A stretch of DNA of 63,177 nt, counting the filler, from Atractiella rhizophila (taxonomy: Eukaryota): assembly GCA_021432655.1 (NCBI GenBank). It is 3 parts of 3 records of this genome, joined end to end, with 100 filler letters (N's around TTAATTAATTAA, not from the genome) between each part and the next. Parts side by side here need not be neighbours in the genome. Positions count along the whole stretch, not along the records: positions 1 to 21,163 come from MU271505.1; positions 21,264 to 37,323 come from MU271507.1; 1 more part is not named here. One strand, given 5' to 3'. Below the pieces are notes generated by a model that worked only from the letters and a program-made list of their open reading frames with translations, was not told where the DNA came from and did no database searches. The position numbers were made by a program, and so were the translations under genes. This document shows, one piece after another, positions 13,917 through 25,133 of the stretch. How positions within the stretch are numbered: position 1 is the first letter of the stretch; each line of letters begins with the position of its first letter.

Positions 13917-16672
13917 ATGACGCGTCCTTCAAAACGATTTAGACCATCCCTCACACTCTCCCATGCGCTCCTATCCCTCAACCTCCTCGCGCCAGCTCTC
14001 GCGTGGAACTTCGGTTCCATGTTCTCGAGCAAGTGGAATGAGTCTTATACAGATGACGATGTGAGCTGGTATGGAGACGAGATCCAGGTTGTAGTAGTTG
14101 GGGGCGAGGCTGGTCTGGTCTTTACGTGAGTGTCTGCCTTCCGCTGTCAAAGCCCTTTGTCACCCTTTTCGCCGCGGAACAGACCTCCAGTCATCCACGC
14201 ACCTGTGGGAGCGCGTATTCTCTTCGAGTTCCAAACAAAGAACCACACCGTCACCCAATCCTCCTTCGACGAGCCCTGCAAGCCATTAGACGGCGGCTTC
14301 AAATCCGGTTTCCTGCCTTCTCAACTTGGAAACTCGTCACAGACCGGCCCTGGATTCGTCGTCGAAGTGCAGGATACTAAGCCAATCTGGTTCTACTGCG
14401 GTCAACAGCTCCCACAACCGCACTGTCCTCAGGGAATGGTAGGCGCTATCAACCCACCATCGAAAGGAAACACGTTCGATGAATTCAAGAAGAAGGCTTT
14501 GGCGCTGGCAGGTCTGTTGTATACTTATTACTGCTCGAAGCAATAAACTAATGTTCGAAAATAGATAATGGGGGGTATAAATCATCATCTTCGACGTCCG
14601 AAGCTATCTCATCGAGTAATGGATGGACAACGAATGAAGGCGGTTCAGGGAAGAATTGGGGAGGAGATGGCAGTTCTGAGCCAGAGTTCCATGTCGTAGT
14701 CGTTGGCGGAGAGGCAGGTCTAGTCTACACGTGAGTCCTTCCCCATCCACCATCAATATTCTGTTCATCAAAGATTGACGTGAATTTTTTTGACAGTCCC
14801 GATCAAATCGACGCACCTATCGGTTCTCGCATCCTTTTCGAATTCCAAACGAAGAATCACACAGTGACGCAATCCTCGTTCGACGAACCGTGCAAGCCTC
14901 TCGAGGGAGGATTTAAGTCCGGTTTCCAGCCGTCTCAACTTGGAAATTCCTCACAAACTGGCCCTGGATTTGTTGTGGAGGTCAAAGACGATAAACCGAT
15001 CTGGTTCTATTGTGGACAACAACTTCCTAAGCCTCATTGCCCCCAGGGAATGGTCGGTGCCATCAACGCTCCGAAGACGGGGAACACGTTTGACGAGTTT
15101 AAGAAGAAAGCATTGGCGCTTGCAGGTTCGTTTAGCTTTATTGCGGCGCGAAATCTCATATTAAGGCTTGGCGATAGATAATGGTGGATATAGCTCGTCT
15201 TCCAATTCCCAACCTACCACTTCGAATAATACCTGGGCAACCAACAATGGCAGTTCCGAGAAGAATTGGGGAGGGGATGGAAGTTCCGAGCCCGAGTTTC
15301 ATGTTGTCGTTGTTGGCGGAGAGGCAGGTCTTGTCTACACGTCCGTCTTTTATTCATTTTATCACCCAACATTTAACAGTCCACTCTTGTTGCAGTCCCA
15401 ATCAAATTGATGCACCAATCGGTTCCCGCATCCTTTTCGAATTCCAGACCAAGAATCACACAGTGACGCAATCCTCGTTCGACGAACCGTGCAAACCTCT
15501 CGATGGAGGATTCAAATCTGGCTTCCAGCCGTCTCAGCTTGGGAATTCCTCACAAACAGGTCCTGGATTCGTCGTGGAGGTGAAGGACGATAAACCGATC
15601 TGGTTTTACTGTGGACAACAGCTCCCTCAACCCCACTGCCCTCAGGGAATGGTTGGCGCTATTAACGCCCCGAAGCAAGGAAATACCTTCGAGAAGTTCC
15701 TGGAAAAGGCAAAGGCGTCTGGTGGATCTGGAGGATCAGGGGGATCAGGTAGGTATTTTGTTCTCATAGACTGAACCTATGAACTAGACTTCGTTATTAT
15801 AGGACCCGTAACCGGCGGAAACCCTCCTCCTCAAGGACAGAAGACTAGGTGTGATGTCAGCGATGTTGCCCTCACCTTCCAACAAGGCTCAAACCTTACG
15901 TTCCCCTCAAATGAGAAGTTGAATTTTGTCACTGTTGGACGAGGAACACAGGTTGGTCAAAGCCCTCTTTCTAGCATTCCAAATTGATGGCAACTCCAGA
16001 ACTACACTTGCACAAACGGCAAATTCACTTCCATTGGTGCAGGTGAGTCTTAATCCATCATTTGTCTCCCGCGAAACTGACCATTGATAGTCGCAACTCT
16101 CCTCGATATCTCCTGCTACGTCGATGAGCCTTATTTCCTTGACATCCCCGCCATATCCCTCGGCCTAGACCGCCCAACCGACATCGCACCAGCTGGTGTC
16201 TCGACTGGGAACCCAGACATTCTCTCGAAATTCTCCTGGGACGCGATCGAGGCCGTGAAGGAGATCCAACTGTACGATCTTTGGACTTTCAAGCTCGGCG
16301 ATCACTTCTTCGTTCCTTTCCCGAAGCCAGATTCGAAACCTCTACCAAAGTTCACATTCGAGCAGGTACTAGGAGAGGGACAGTTCATTACAGGAAACCT
16401 CACAGCGTCAGATCGTGATCCTGTTGATCCGGTGCATAATGTCGCTTGGCTGCAACTTGCTGGCGTGGATGGACATTTGTCTACGGAGCTGTATAGGATC
16501 GTCACCGCGGGTGGACAGCCAATTCCTTCAGAGGTGAGCCTTTTTCCATGTACTATCATGCGAGAAGTCAGACATTCATCTCTTCTGTTGCGTTTTATAG
16601 TGCCACACAGAAGGACAGGTCGCGACATTCGAATATGCCGCTTTTTACGTCTTTTCCAAGGTACAGTACTGA
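13917..16672 (+). CDS. secreted protein: three tandem cupredoxin-like domains fused to a C-terminal DUF3455-like domain
   Basis: Signal peptide (ALLSLNLLAPALA). Three repeats VVVGGEAGLV[FY]T|P..I.AP.G.RILFEFQTKNHTVTQSSFDEPC...WFYCGQQLP.PHCPQGMVGAIN. GGSGGSGGSG linker, then intron 15749-15802 leads in frame to VGRGTQNYTC...GAVATLLDISC...LGDHFF...NVAWLQL...YRIVTAGGQP...EYAAFYVF. Confidence 0.85.
14085..15715 (+). repeat. three ~600-bp intragenic direct repeats (cupredoxin exon modules at about 14085-14511, 14686-15125, 15295-15715)
   Basis: Near-identical exon sequence (e.g. aagaatcacacagtgacgcaatcctcgttcgacgaaccgtgcaa in repeats 2 and 3), with diverged introns at equivalent positions. Confidence 0.9.
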
Positions 16673-16989
16673 GAGCATTCAACTTGTGGCTTTGAGGTAT
16701 CGTGTATAGTAGGACGCATTTGTAATTCACTACACCACGGACAATTAAATAGCATTCACAGTCGTTACTCCTTCACGTAAAACAGAACGCATCACTTTTT
16801 GCAGATCCACAATCGTAACTAAGATCGTTTCTCCCGCTCGAAACTCTGTCAACGAGATAAATTCTTTGAGATGTCCTTAATTGACCGTCTTAACAGATGG
16901 ATCATTGGCCCAAAAGAGAAACGAAGGCATCACTAGCATGAAAGTGGTTAACAGGCATCATTGAAGCCTTCCATCAGCTCGATTTAAAT

Positions 16990-17436
16990 CTAAGGCGATT
17001 TAATCAGTAAAACAGGATGAACCAAGGTCACAGACACACCTTCTGTGGATGCCAGCTGTAAAGCTTGTGCCGTCCCTCCTTCCTTCTCCCACGGTTTCCG
17101 TCTCACCTCCGCTGTGCTCTTTGAAGGCTTCTCGTCGCTCAGTCGATCCGGAATCTCCTTGATGCCAGGTATCGGCTCTCCGCGTTCGATCATCTGCACC
17201 AATCGTGCAAAAGAGAGTTTCTCAGGCTCTTCTGTCTCTGGAGCATCCGTTATCGTGCCTTCCACACTTTCTGTAGGTTGCGTTTGTAGTTGCTGGAGAT
17301 AAAACGCTTTGGCTCGTGCGATTAGCTCGTCCTTTTCGGAAGGAGATAGAGAGGTGGTAGCGGTGAGGATCGAGGAGATGCCTGATTGGAAAACAGGATC
17401 GGTTTCAAAGTTATGCGTTGAGGGAGTGGTTTGCAT
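16990..17436 (-). CDS. PEX39: KPWE-motif peroxisomal protein (PEX39/C6orf226-like)
   Basis: N-terminal FETDPVFQSGISSIL...RAKAFY and C-terminal LSFARLVQMIERGEPIPGIKEIPD...RRKPWE. Confidence 0.75.
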   Translation of the reverse strand: MQTTPSTHNFETDPVFQSGISSILTATTSLSPSEKDELIARAKAFYLQQLQTQPTESVEGTITDAPETEEPEKLSFARLVQMIERGEPIPGIKEIPDRLSDEKPSKSTAEVRRKPWEKEGGTAQALQLASTEGVSVTLVHPVLLIKSP

Positions 17437-17527
17437 TGTAAATAATGTTGGTTGATGAATCTTCGAAGGTGCTCAAGTGGTGGACGTACTTGCATTCGTT
17501 GTACGTGTGAGGTGCATTCATGTTGCG

Positions 17528-19129
17528 CTACTTAATTCGAAGTACATCTGCTTTCCAGGAATTCCACTTGCCAGAAGCACTATCCTTAACGAAATCCAGA
17601 CAATTCACGCTCAAACCTGGTCTTGCCTTTTCCAGTCTTTGAATCAAATCGTTTCGATTTGTTGATTCGAGGTTTAACTCATCCTGACAGCTTTTAAGCC
17701 TTTCGTTGACGCAAGAGAGAAAACATACATCAGTAAACCACAGCTCGATGTTCTCAAGTTTGGGAAATTTTCCCTTTTCGACGTCCCTCACCAGAGCCTG
17801 GAGCAAGTCAAATCTGTCCTTTGACAACGTCGCCCGTAGTGACAGTTTCCTCAATGCAGGAAAATTAATGCATAATTCTTCATCAAAATACCTCGTGGTT
17901 GGGAATGTATGAACGGATGAAAGCGCTTGAAGGTTGGTCGCTGCTGCCTCGAAAGGTTTCAAATCCTCAAACGCACCGCGATGTTCAAGTGCAACAAGTT
18001 TAGGGAAGGGATGGTTGAAAGGAACCCAGGGCAAAAAGTTGGATGGACAAATGTAAAGATCCCGCGTCGTCGCGAACAGCAGGTCTGTCGAGACGTCGAG
18101 GTAGCAGGAAGCTAGGTGGAGGCAATTTAATGAAAACTCGAGCGGAGCGGTATCAGGGCTCATGTACATAATCAATCTCTCTAGCTTAAGAGATTGGAGT
18201 GCTCGAAACTTTGGCAGTTTTGGGAAGATGTTCCACAACCAGGTTGTTCTGAGAGCCCAAATCTCCTGCGAAGTTTGGCCTTCAAGATGCAGCACAGTCA
18301 GATTGGGCAACTGAACGTCAACTGGCCTCGAAATATCGAGAAGCGTAAGCTCTCTTAAAGAAGAGAGGGAGGACAGGATCGACCCCAAATCTACGTTATC
18401 TGAGATCGTTGACTGCCGCAGAGAAAGACATCGAAGCGATTGTTGTAACGGTGGCAATGAATACAATCTCGCTTCTTCACCTCCACGGGTGTCAAGCACA
18501 AGTTTCGTCAATTCTGGAGCCTCTGTTTCGTGAAAAGATATCCACAAAGGACCCTTGTTAGAACTTTGTATGATCAGAGTTTTCAAGGCGGGAAACCCAG
18601 ACCAAAACGAAGGGACCAGATCGAGGATATTGCCTTGTGCCAGTCCAGAAATGGCCAGAAATTGAAGCTTTGGGAAGACAGGAATTGACCAATCGGTGAT
18701 TCGCTGTGAACTCTGCACTGCGGGCCACACAAGAGTTCGTAGCACATTCCTGGTCAAAAGAGGAAGCTCGTCTAAATCTCTGACGTCCCTGGCAAGCATG
18801 TTGCCTTTTACGAGGCGAACAGTCAGATGCTGAAGTGCGGTAGCCAGATCGTCATTTGATCGAAGAACCGAAGTAAATTTTGGATAGATGTGTGCGAGAA
18901 GGTTCATGTTGGAAAATGAAATTGTGCGTAAGATGGGATAAAACGTTTTGGACAGTGTGAGTAGGTGCGAGAAGGACGAGGGTTCCTCGACGGCAAAGAC
19001 ATGCTGGAAAATAAGACTAACAATCTCGGGTGGCATTGAAAGAAGGTCATTGGTTTTTGGCGAGTTGGTGAGTTGCAAGCCTTGGGTCGGCTTCATGTTT
19101 CGATCGAGGAGCCGATTGTGCGAGATCAA
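17528..19129 (-). CDS. intronless F-box/LRR (RNI-like) protein
   Basis: 533-aa ORF with F-box-like LLSMPPEIVSLIFQHV...LLTLSKTFY followed by many LxxLxL repeats (FPKLQFLAI, FPALKTLII, SLRELTL, LPNLTVLHL). True start may be a downstream ATG. Confidence 0.8.
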   Translation of the reverse strand: MISHNRLLDRNMKPTQGLQLTNSPKTNDLLSMPPEIVSLIFQHVFAVEEPSSFSHLLTLSKTFYPILRTISFSNMNLLAHIYPKFTSVLRSNDDLATALQHLTVRLVKGNMLARDVRDLDELPLLTRNVLRTLVWPAVQSSQRITDWSIPVFPKLQFLAISGLAQGNILDLVPSFWSGFPALKTLIIQSSNKGPLWISFHETEAPELTKLVLDTRGGEEARLYSLPPLQQSLRCLSLRQSTISDNVDLGSILSSLSSLRELTLLDISRPVDVQLPNLTVLHLEGQTSQEIWALRTTWLWNIFPKLPKFRALQSLKLERLIMYMSPDTAPLEFSLNCLHLASCYLDVSTDLLFATTRDLYICPSNFLPWVPFNHPFPKLVALEHRGAFEDLKPFEAAATNLQALSSVHTFPTTRYFDEELCINFPALRKLSLRATLSKDRFDLLQALVRDVEKGKFPKLENIELWFTDVCFLSCVNERLKSCQDELNLESTNRNDLIQRLEKARPGLSVNCLDFVKDSASGKWNSWKADVLRIK

Positions 19130-19609
19130 GTTGTGTAAATCGTTGCCTCCGTGCTAAGACCTACAATCCATGTCAGTTTAACGATTTGGATACGCTCTGA
19201 ACGCGATACAGGAACAGGCTGATGCAACAGTAGATAAATGTCCCCTGAGGGTAAAACTGGTAATCGCAGCCACCTCCGTTATTCTACATCTTTGTCAACG
19301 CGTCCAAAATTTGGTTTATAATAAAGAATCACAATGACCATAGCATACTCTCTTATAAAGGTGAGAAGTTGCATGGTGACGGATACATGGATGTGGGAGC
19401 TGACAAACACCATTACATGCGACATTGAATGTCACGGTAACAGTTTTTCCAGTTAAGAGTGAGAGAATCCAGAACTTCGTAGGAATCGACAGTACGCGCA
19501 CTCCTTGTCGTATGCATCGGCAATAGGTGCATGACCTAGCTCAAAATAATGAATTCTAGTTCAAAATGTCCTTTTTCTTGCCTCCTACGCTACACTCATT
19601 AGTCACCTG

Positions 19610-20400
19610 GTGTAAGCGATGTTTCTGTTCGAATAACATCTGCTTTCCATGCATTCCACCGTCCATCACCATCCTGGTGCATATCAATGTTGTAAGAAGT
19701 CACGTTCACCCCTAATAGCGCTTTCTCGAGTCTTTTAATCAAAGCCTTGCATCTTCTCAATTCTAGTTCGAGTTCATCAGTGAGATATGGGCAAGGAGTT
19801 CAATGAGAAACTCTAACGGAGGAAGGTGAGAACTTGATTGCAGCACAATGAGTTTGTGCAGTGTGAGAGATTGGAGTGTGCGCGACGACCAAAGAGAGCT
19901 TCCACTGAAGAAGACCTCGCCTGGGCCTTCGAGATGCAACACAGTCACATTGGGCAGAAGAGCCAAAACTGACCTAGAAATATCAAGAGGTGTAAGCTCT
20001 CTTAAGCAAGAGAGGACTGCTGGTAAGTCAACGCTCTCAGGGATCGTCGATTCTCGGAGGGAGAGACATCTAAGCGAGCGCTGTAAATGTGGGATAGAAT
20101 AAAATGGCCGTTCGTAACCGCTTCGCATCTCAAACACCAGTTTTGTCAATTTATTTTGGAGGTTCGGCCTTGTCGAAAGATATCCACATGTGAGCACCTT
20201 TTATGATCAGAGTATTCAAGACTGGAAAGCAAGACCAAAATAAAGTGACGAGATCGAGAATATTTCCTTCTTCTACTCCAGATAAAGCTAGCAATCGAAG
20301 TTTCGGAAAGACGGGAATAGACCAATCTGTGATAGACTGAATTGCCCATGAGAGTTCGTAGCCCTGTGTACTTGTCTTTTTGCGAGGAATGTCCCATTGA
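19610..20400 (-). pseudogene. frameshifted, internally deleted tandem paralog of the F-box/LRR gene
   Basis: ITDWSIPVFPKLRLLALSG..GNILDLV and LQRSLRCLSLRESTI...LDISRSV..LPNVTVLHLEG match 17528-19129 but lie in different frames. Confidence 0.8.
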
Positions 20401-20689
20401 CTACGGTGACAGACCTCGTACGAGCGTAAGCGTTGGGAAGATAACAGAGAAGGTACATGCGCATTTGATGCGTGGTTCAACGATTGGGGCCTCACTCCTC
20501 AGAACGTAAGAGTCAACCTGTCGCAAACAGGCGCACCAAACAACCTAGTTCAGCCAGTCTATGTCTGTGGACTCACTGTGCCGTACATGATGATGGACAA
20601 TTCAAGAAGTTAACCGCTCTAGGTATCATCGAAGGGACTAACGTCGACTAACCCTCATATGGTAATAACGTCCATGTACACTCTACAGC

Positions 20690-21163
20690 TTCAATTTAGG
20701 AGTAGGTCAGCTTTCCAGGAGTTCCACCGGCTTGACCCATCGTGCAAATGCAAATCTTTGTTGTGAAAGCTCACGCTCAGTCCTGCTCTTGTGAGCTTCT
20801 TTATGAGGGCATCGCGTTTCCTCGACAATACGTTGAACTCGTACTAGAAGGATCTTAACATGTTATTTTAGTTGGAAAGGAGACTCACATCGCTAAACCA
20901 GAGCTCGACGTTTTCCAGCTTATCCATCTTCCGTTTTTCCACATGGGTCACCAGCGCAGTGAGCATGTCGAATCGCTTCCTTGACGCCGTTGCGTGAAGT
21001 GACAGTTTCTTCAGAATAGGAAAATTGAAGTTCAGCTCTTCGTCAGGTAATCGCATGGATGGCAACTCATTATGTAAGAATGAAAGCGCCAACAGGTTCA
21101 CCGCTGCTGATTCGAAAGGTTTTAAGTCTTCGAATGAACCATGGAGTTCGATCGCAATGAGTT
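20690..21163 (-). pseudogene. 3' fragment of another F-box/LRR paralog, cut by the contig end
   Basis: DLKPFESAAVNLLALS...DEELNFNFPILKKLSLHAT..KRFDMLTALV..VEKRKMDKLENVELWFSDV parallels the C-terminus of the intact copy, with a premature stop at 20868. Confidence 0.65.
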
Positions 21164-21263
21164 NNNNNNNNNNNNNNNNNNNNNNNNNNNNNNNNNNNNN
21201 NNNNNNNTTAATTAATTAANNNNNNNNNNNNNNNNNNNNNNNNNNNNNNNNNNNNNNNNNNNN
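21164..21263. other. artificial contig-joining spacer (N44-TTAATTAATTAA-N44)
   Basis: Exactly 100 bp. The palindromic 12-mer gives stops in all six frames. Identical to 37324-37423. Confidence 0.97.
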
Positions 21264-21344
21264 TTAAGTGGACTATCATGTCAACTGAGAAAACAGCAAC
21301 AGCCAATAAGATAACTGCAAATATAAGAAAGACGGTGGCAACAA

Positions 21345-22498
21345 TCATGACCAAAGAAGCTTGAACGTATTGTTAGGAGAAGATTTCTTTTCCCTCCTCG
21401 CCCCATCATGCATCTCCGTCGCGGCCTGTGCCTCTCCTTTAGATTCGTAGAGTCGTTGAGCATACTCCAGCTCTTCAAGGGCAGCGCTACTCTTCACTGG
21501 GCTGATCACAGCTCGATACCCTCCTGAGCACGATGCTTTCTTCTCTTTCCGCGGCGAAGCAATTTCGAGGGCTATTCACTCATCTTGAGCATCACGTTTT
21601 TAGCAAGAGCGCTAGAGCTCACAAATCGCCGTTTCTCCTCTAGGATTGGTATATCTTCGAGTCCAACCGGTCTGCCTACACATTGATCTTTTGTCAGCAT
21701 GCAACGGTTGAATAGTGCAGACAAGAGGCACCTCTCCAGAACACAGCGTTCGTCTTATCCAATATCTTCCTAACCCATCTTTGAGCCGCCGGTCTCATTC
21801 TAGGATCTCGGATGCCCTGACGCCTCTTTGCTTCCCAAACATTATGCTACCGCTCAACACCTTCTCCTCCAACTTAGGGCTTGCTCCCGTGTCCTTCTCC
21901 ACCGCAGCCTTGATCCCATCCCGGATGGACGCGATCCCGAGCGATTCGTCGCTGGCTTTAACCGATTCGATGAAGACCTCGACGAGAGGATTGTCATCCA
22001 CAGGTTGGACAAGATTGGTGAATGTGATGGTAATGGAGGCTGGGATTGCGGCATGTTCCGTGGAATCGAAAGTAGGCGCTGCTTTGAATGTGGGAGCGGC
22101 CATTCCTAGAGGCAGAATGGAAGGAAGTGCATCTAAAAAGCTTGGGTTGAGCCTTAGAAGGGACAAATCTGAGCTCGTCATCGTCGTCTTCGTCTTCGCC
22201 TTTTCTGTCGTCCTCTTGTCCGGGAAAGCGGTTGTAGAATCCTCCAAGGAGATCTCGATTTCTCTGACGGATGTAAGATGCGAAAGGACACACTGATTTC
22301 GTTCACTCCCAAACCGTGCTCTTCCAAATAATCGTGGAGGCTCTCTTCTGACATTCTGGCCTCGTTTGCTTTCGCCCGTTCAAATTCATTGAGTACACTG
22401 GGGAGGAGTGGGAAGGGGATAGTCTGAGGAGCCTGGCTATCAGCATTTCATTCTCTGTCAGATTGAAAGCATACGGATACTGCCAAGAGGTTGGACAT
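21345..22498 (-). CDS. hypothetical multi-exon protein
   Basis: Exon-like segments (APQTIPFPLLPSVLNEFERAK...; ORF 21795-22247; RPAAQRWVRKILDKTNAVFW; AALEELEYAQRLYESKGE) bounded by plausible GT-AG introns. No family recognised. Confidence 0.5.
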
Positions 22499-22822
22499 GG
22501 CACTTATATTATTATCGTAAGCAATATAGCTAAACACGTAAATCGTTACTGGAGCGGGTCGTAAAAGTAGCAGCAGAGATCCAGATGTTGGCTGTTTACT
22601 CAACTTCAATGCGTAAAGAAGGTTCGGAGAATATGGGAGTGTAGTCACGTGCTTCTCATCAGCTTTTGGGCTACACGTCTACACGTATTTATTGAAGGGA
22701 CGAGTTCTTGGGAAGGTCTGGGTCTTGGACCAGATATATGCCTTGAGGGAGCGAAAATGAGGATTCCATGGGTTCAGTGAAAATACAACGACAACCATCC
22801 ATTTCATTGCGGTCACTCCCAC

Positions 22823-24127
22823 TCAACCGGTGAGAGAAGTTGTCTTCCCAGCTGCGAAACTGATCTTAGCCTACACATCAACGCACCACCGAGTGTCATC
22901 AGTATTTAATTCAGCTTGAAGGGAAGGGAGGAGGAAGGCGAACGATTGCATCCTTATCCGTCTCGCACGAGAGGTAGGTTCCAGGTCGGAACTCGAGAGG
23001 GAGGGCTTCACATTTGGTGGAGGCGGGACAGGCCGATGTGACCCATTGCTTGTTAATGCACTGTTCGCACATTCCAACCGGGTCAGTTCTTCAGCTTTTA
23101 CGGGTACGGGAGAGAAAGAAAGCGAGTAAAGGAAGGGTTAACGAACCTGGGCGAAGCCTCCATCCAAGCACGCCACGCTTCCGCTCCTACACTTCTCGTT
23201 CGAGTTGATTGCCGCAAACGACTTATTCAGCCTCTGGGCCTTCCTCACGTTCGACGTTCGCATCTGGGCGAGCAGCTTTCTGAAGAAGTTGGCGATCGCG
23301 CTATTCCCGTTCCCATTGCCACCTTTTCCGCCTCCCGATCCACCGTTATTGTTTCCTTTCCCAGTGGAGGTAGCAGCAGCGGAAGAAGTCGTCTTCGTCG
23401 CGTTGCCTCCACTGGCTTTCGTGGTCGTGGTCGCGGTGCCGGCTTTGGAGGTGCTCGTTCCCGCCGCAGCTTTGGAAGTGGTTGTGACCGCCGCAGCTTT
23501 GGAGGTGTTGGTGGGAGGAGTGGCGATCTTGGTTGGTTGGCCGGCAGAGGGGGTGGAGGTGCCGATAAGAGTGCGTGGGTTTCCAATGTCTCCTCCGTCG
23601 TCTTCACAGTCGGGTAGGTTATCGTCTCCAAATAGTCCTCCAGTTGCACCGGTGGCTGCAATCCTTCGCTCTGTAACGGCAATGTAGTATATTAGATGTC
23701 ATCGATGGTGCCGAGGGAAGGGGGTGAGGACACACCAGCATCCTCTTGCGTGTCACATGTAATGCTAGTCCCTGCCTTATTAACCAAGGGAAGAACTTGA
23801 CAGCTCAATCCACTAGGGCATTGAGTAAGGAGCCATTTTCCATTGCCGCATTGAGCGAATTTGCCTGTCATCAACCGATGTATTGGCATCATTCGAAAAT
23901 CAAGGGAAAAGCAGAGAAACCAGCGCACCATCGATACACGCCAAGTCTCCGGTGTTGCACGCATCGGAGGCAGAGAGCTCGGCGAAATCCCTGTTCAGTT
24001 TCTGGGCTTCTTGTCCATTTGCGAGTGTGAATTCGGCACGTCTGAAGTGGCGATGAGAATTGGAAGAGGGGAGGGGGAAGGCGAGGGAGAGGGAGAAGAG
24101 AGGAAGAAGGGCGAAGATGGCGATCAT
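22823..24127 (-). CDS. secreted protein with two Cys-rich CBM19-like domains separated by a Thr/Ala/Pro/Gly-rich linker
   Basis: Signal peptide MIAIFALLPLFSLSLA. Domain 1: NGQEAQKLN..F..L...CNTGDLACIDG.FAQC.NGKW....C...LSCQVLPLVNKAGTSITCDT. Domain 2: NVRKAQRLN..F...CRSGSVACLDGGFAQCINKQW...C....CEALPL...GTYLSCET. Confidence 0.8.
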
Positions 24128-25133
24128 GTCGTTTGTTGGTGTCCTGGTAGTAGGAAAGAATGAAGTGCAGCTGGTGCAGAAAGAATGACAAGCGCTAGGC
24201 TTTGGATGGATGGACGGTAGGCGAAGAAAGAAGGTAGAGTCCACCGGACTGTTAAAGATCGAAATGTCACGAAGGACGATAAAGAAAGACGAAGTTCGCT
24301 TTGCGAAGGACGACGACCACCTAAACTTCAAGTGAAGGGACAACTGAACTCGAGTTTCGAATCAAAAGGGAAAATCATGAAGCGGACTCTGCCTTTATAT
24401 TCCAACAAGATAGGTTGTTCAGGCACAGCGTGAAGTGAACCCGCCCGAACAGATGGAATGTGGGCTCTCCGAGTCTGCCTCCTCATCACAAGATAGCATG
24501 CCGAAAGGAGTTTCATGAATTGTCACCTGGAGACGGCCTTTCTCCGAGAGCGAACATGAGATGTGCTTTGTCCCCTTCAGGCACTTCACGTTGAATGAAA
24601 TAGACACTAAATTTGACTAATAAGTTGGCCGTCCTGAGTTTCACGGTGAAGGCTGTGAATAAAAAAGATTGGAGAATGTGCAAGCAAGAACAGTCCATCC
24701 TGAATTCTTCAGGACACCCACTGCCAAACACGCGTCTCGGAATCAAAACTAGGAACATGATGGTTCCTGAATGTCTCCTCTCTCCCCCTCTATTCTGATA
24801 TACGAGAACATATTATCCTTCCCTATCGTGTATGATACCGCTGAGACAGAAAGACTCTACAAGAAGAAAGGAAATTTAGAGAATCAGGATGAAGTATCAC
24901 GTGAGGAACGTAGCATCTCGGGCCTTCTGCTCACATTGCCGGGAGGAACCTGAAACGACGACGTGAAGCATTCTTCTCCTCCTCAGCAGACAACCCCTCC
25001 TTCATTTGTTACATATTTCGTGCGCATAATCTCTACTAGTTTACTCACGAGTGTCAGTATACTGACTTCCGGTGGCGAGTAAAGGTCACGTCACGAATTC
25101 ACGCATTCAACTAATTTAGAGGAAGCTGCAAGA

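Noticed and set aside
14085..15715. Laccase/multicopper oxidase or CRISPR-like array
   Set aside because: No HxH type-2/3 copper motifs. The repeats are ~600-bp coding exon modules, not short repeat-spacer units.
21208..21219. Palindromic TTAATTAATTAA as a regulatory site or transposon target
   Set aside because: Centred in N runs and repeated identically at 37368-37379, so it is a synthetic linker.
23205..23687. 160-aa + strand ORF
   Set aside because: Antisense shadow of the Thr/Ala-rich linker of the CBM19-like gene.
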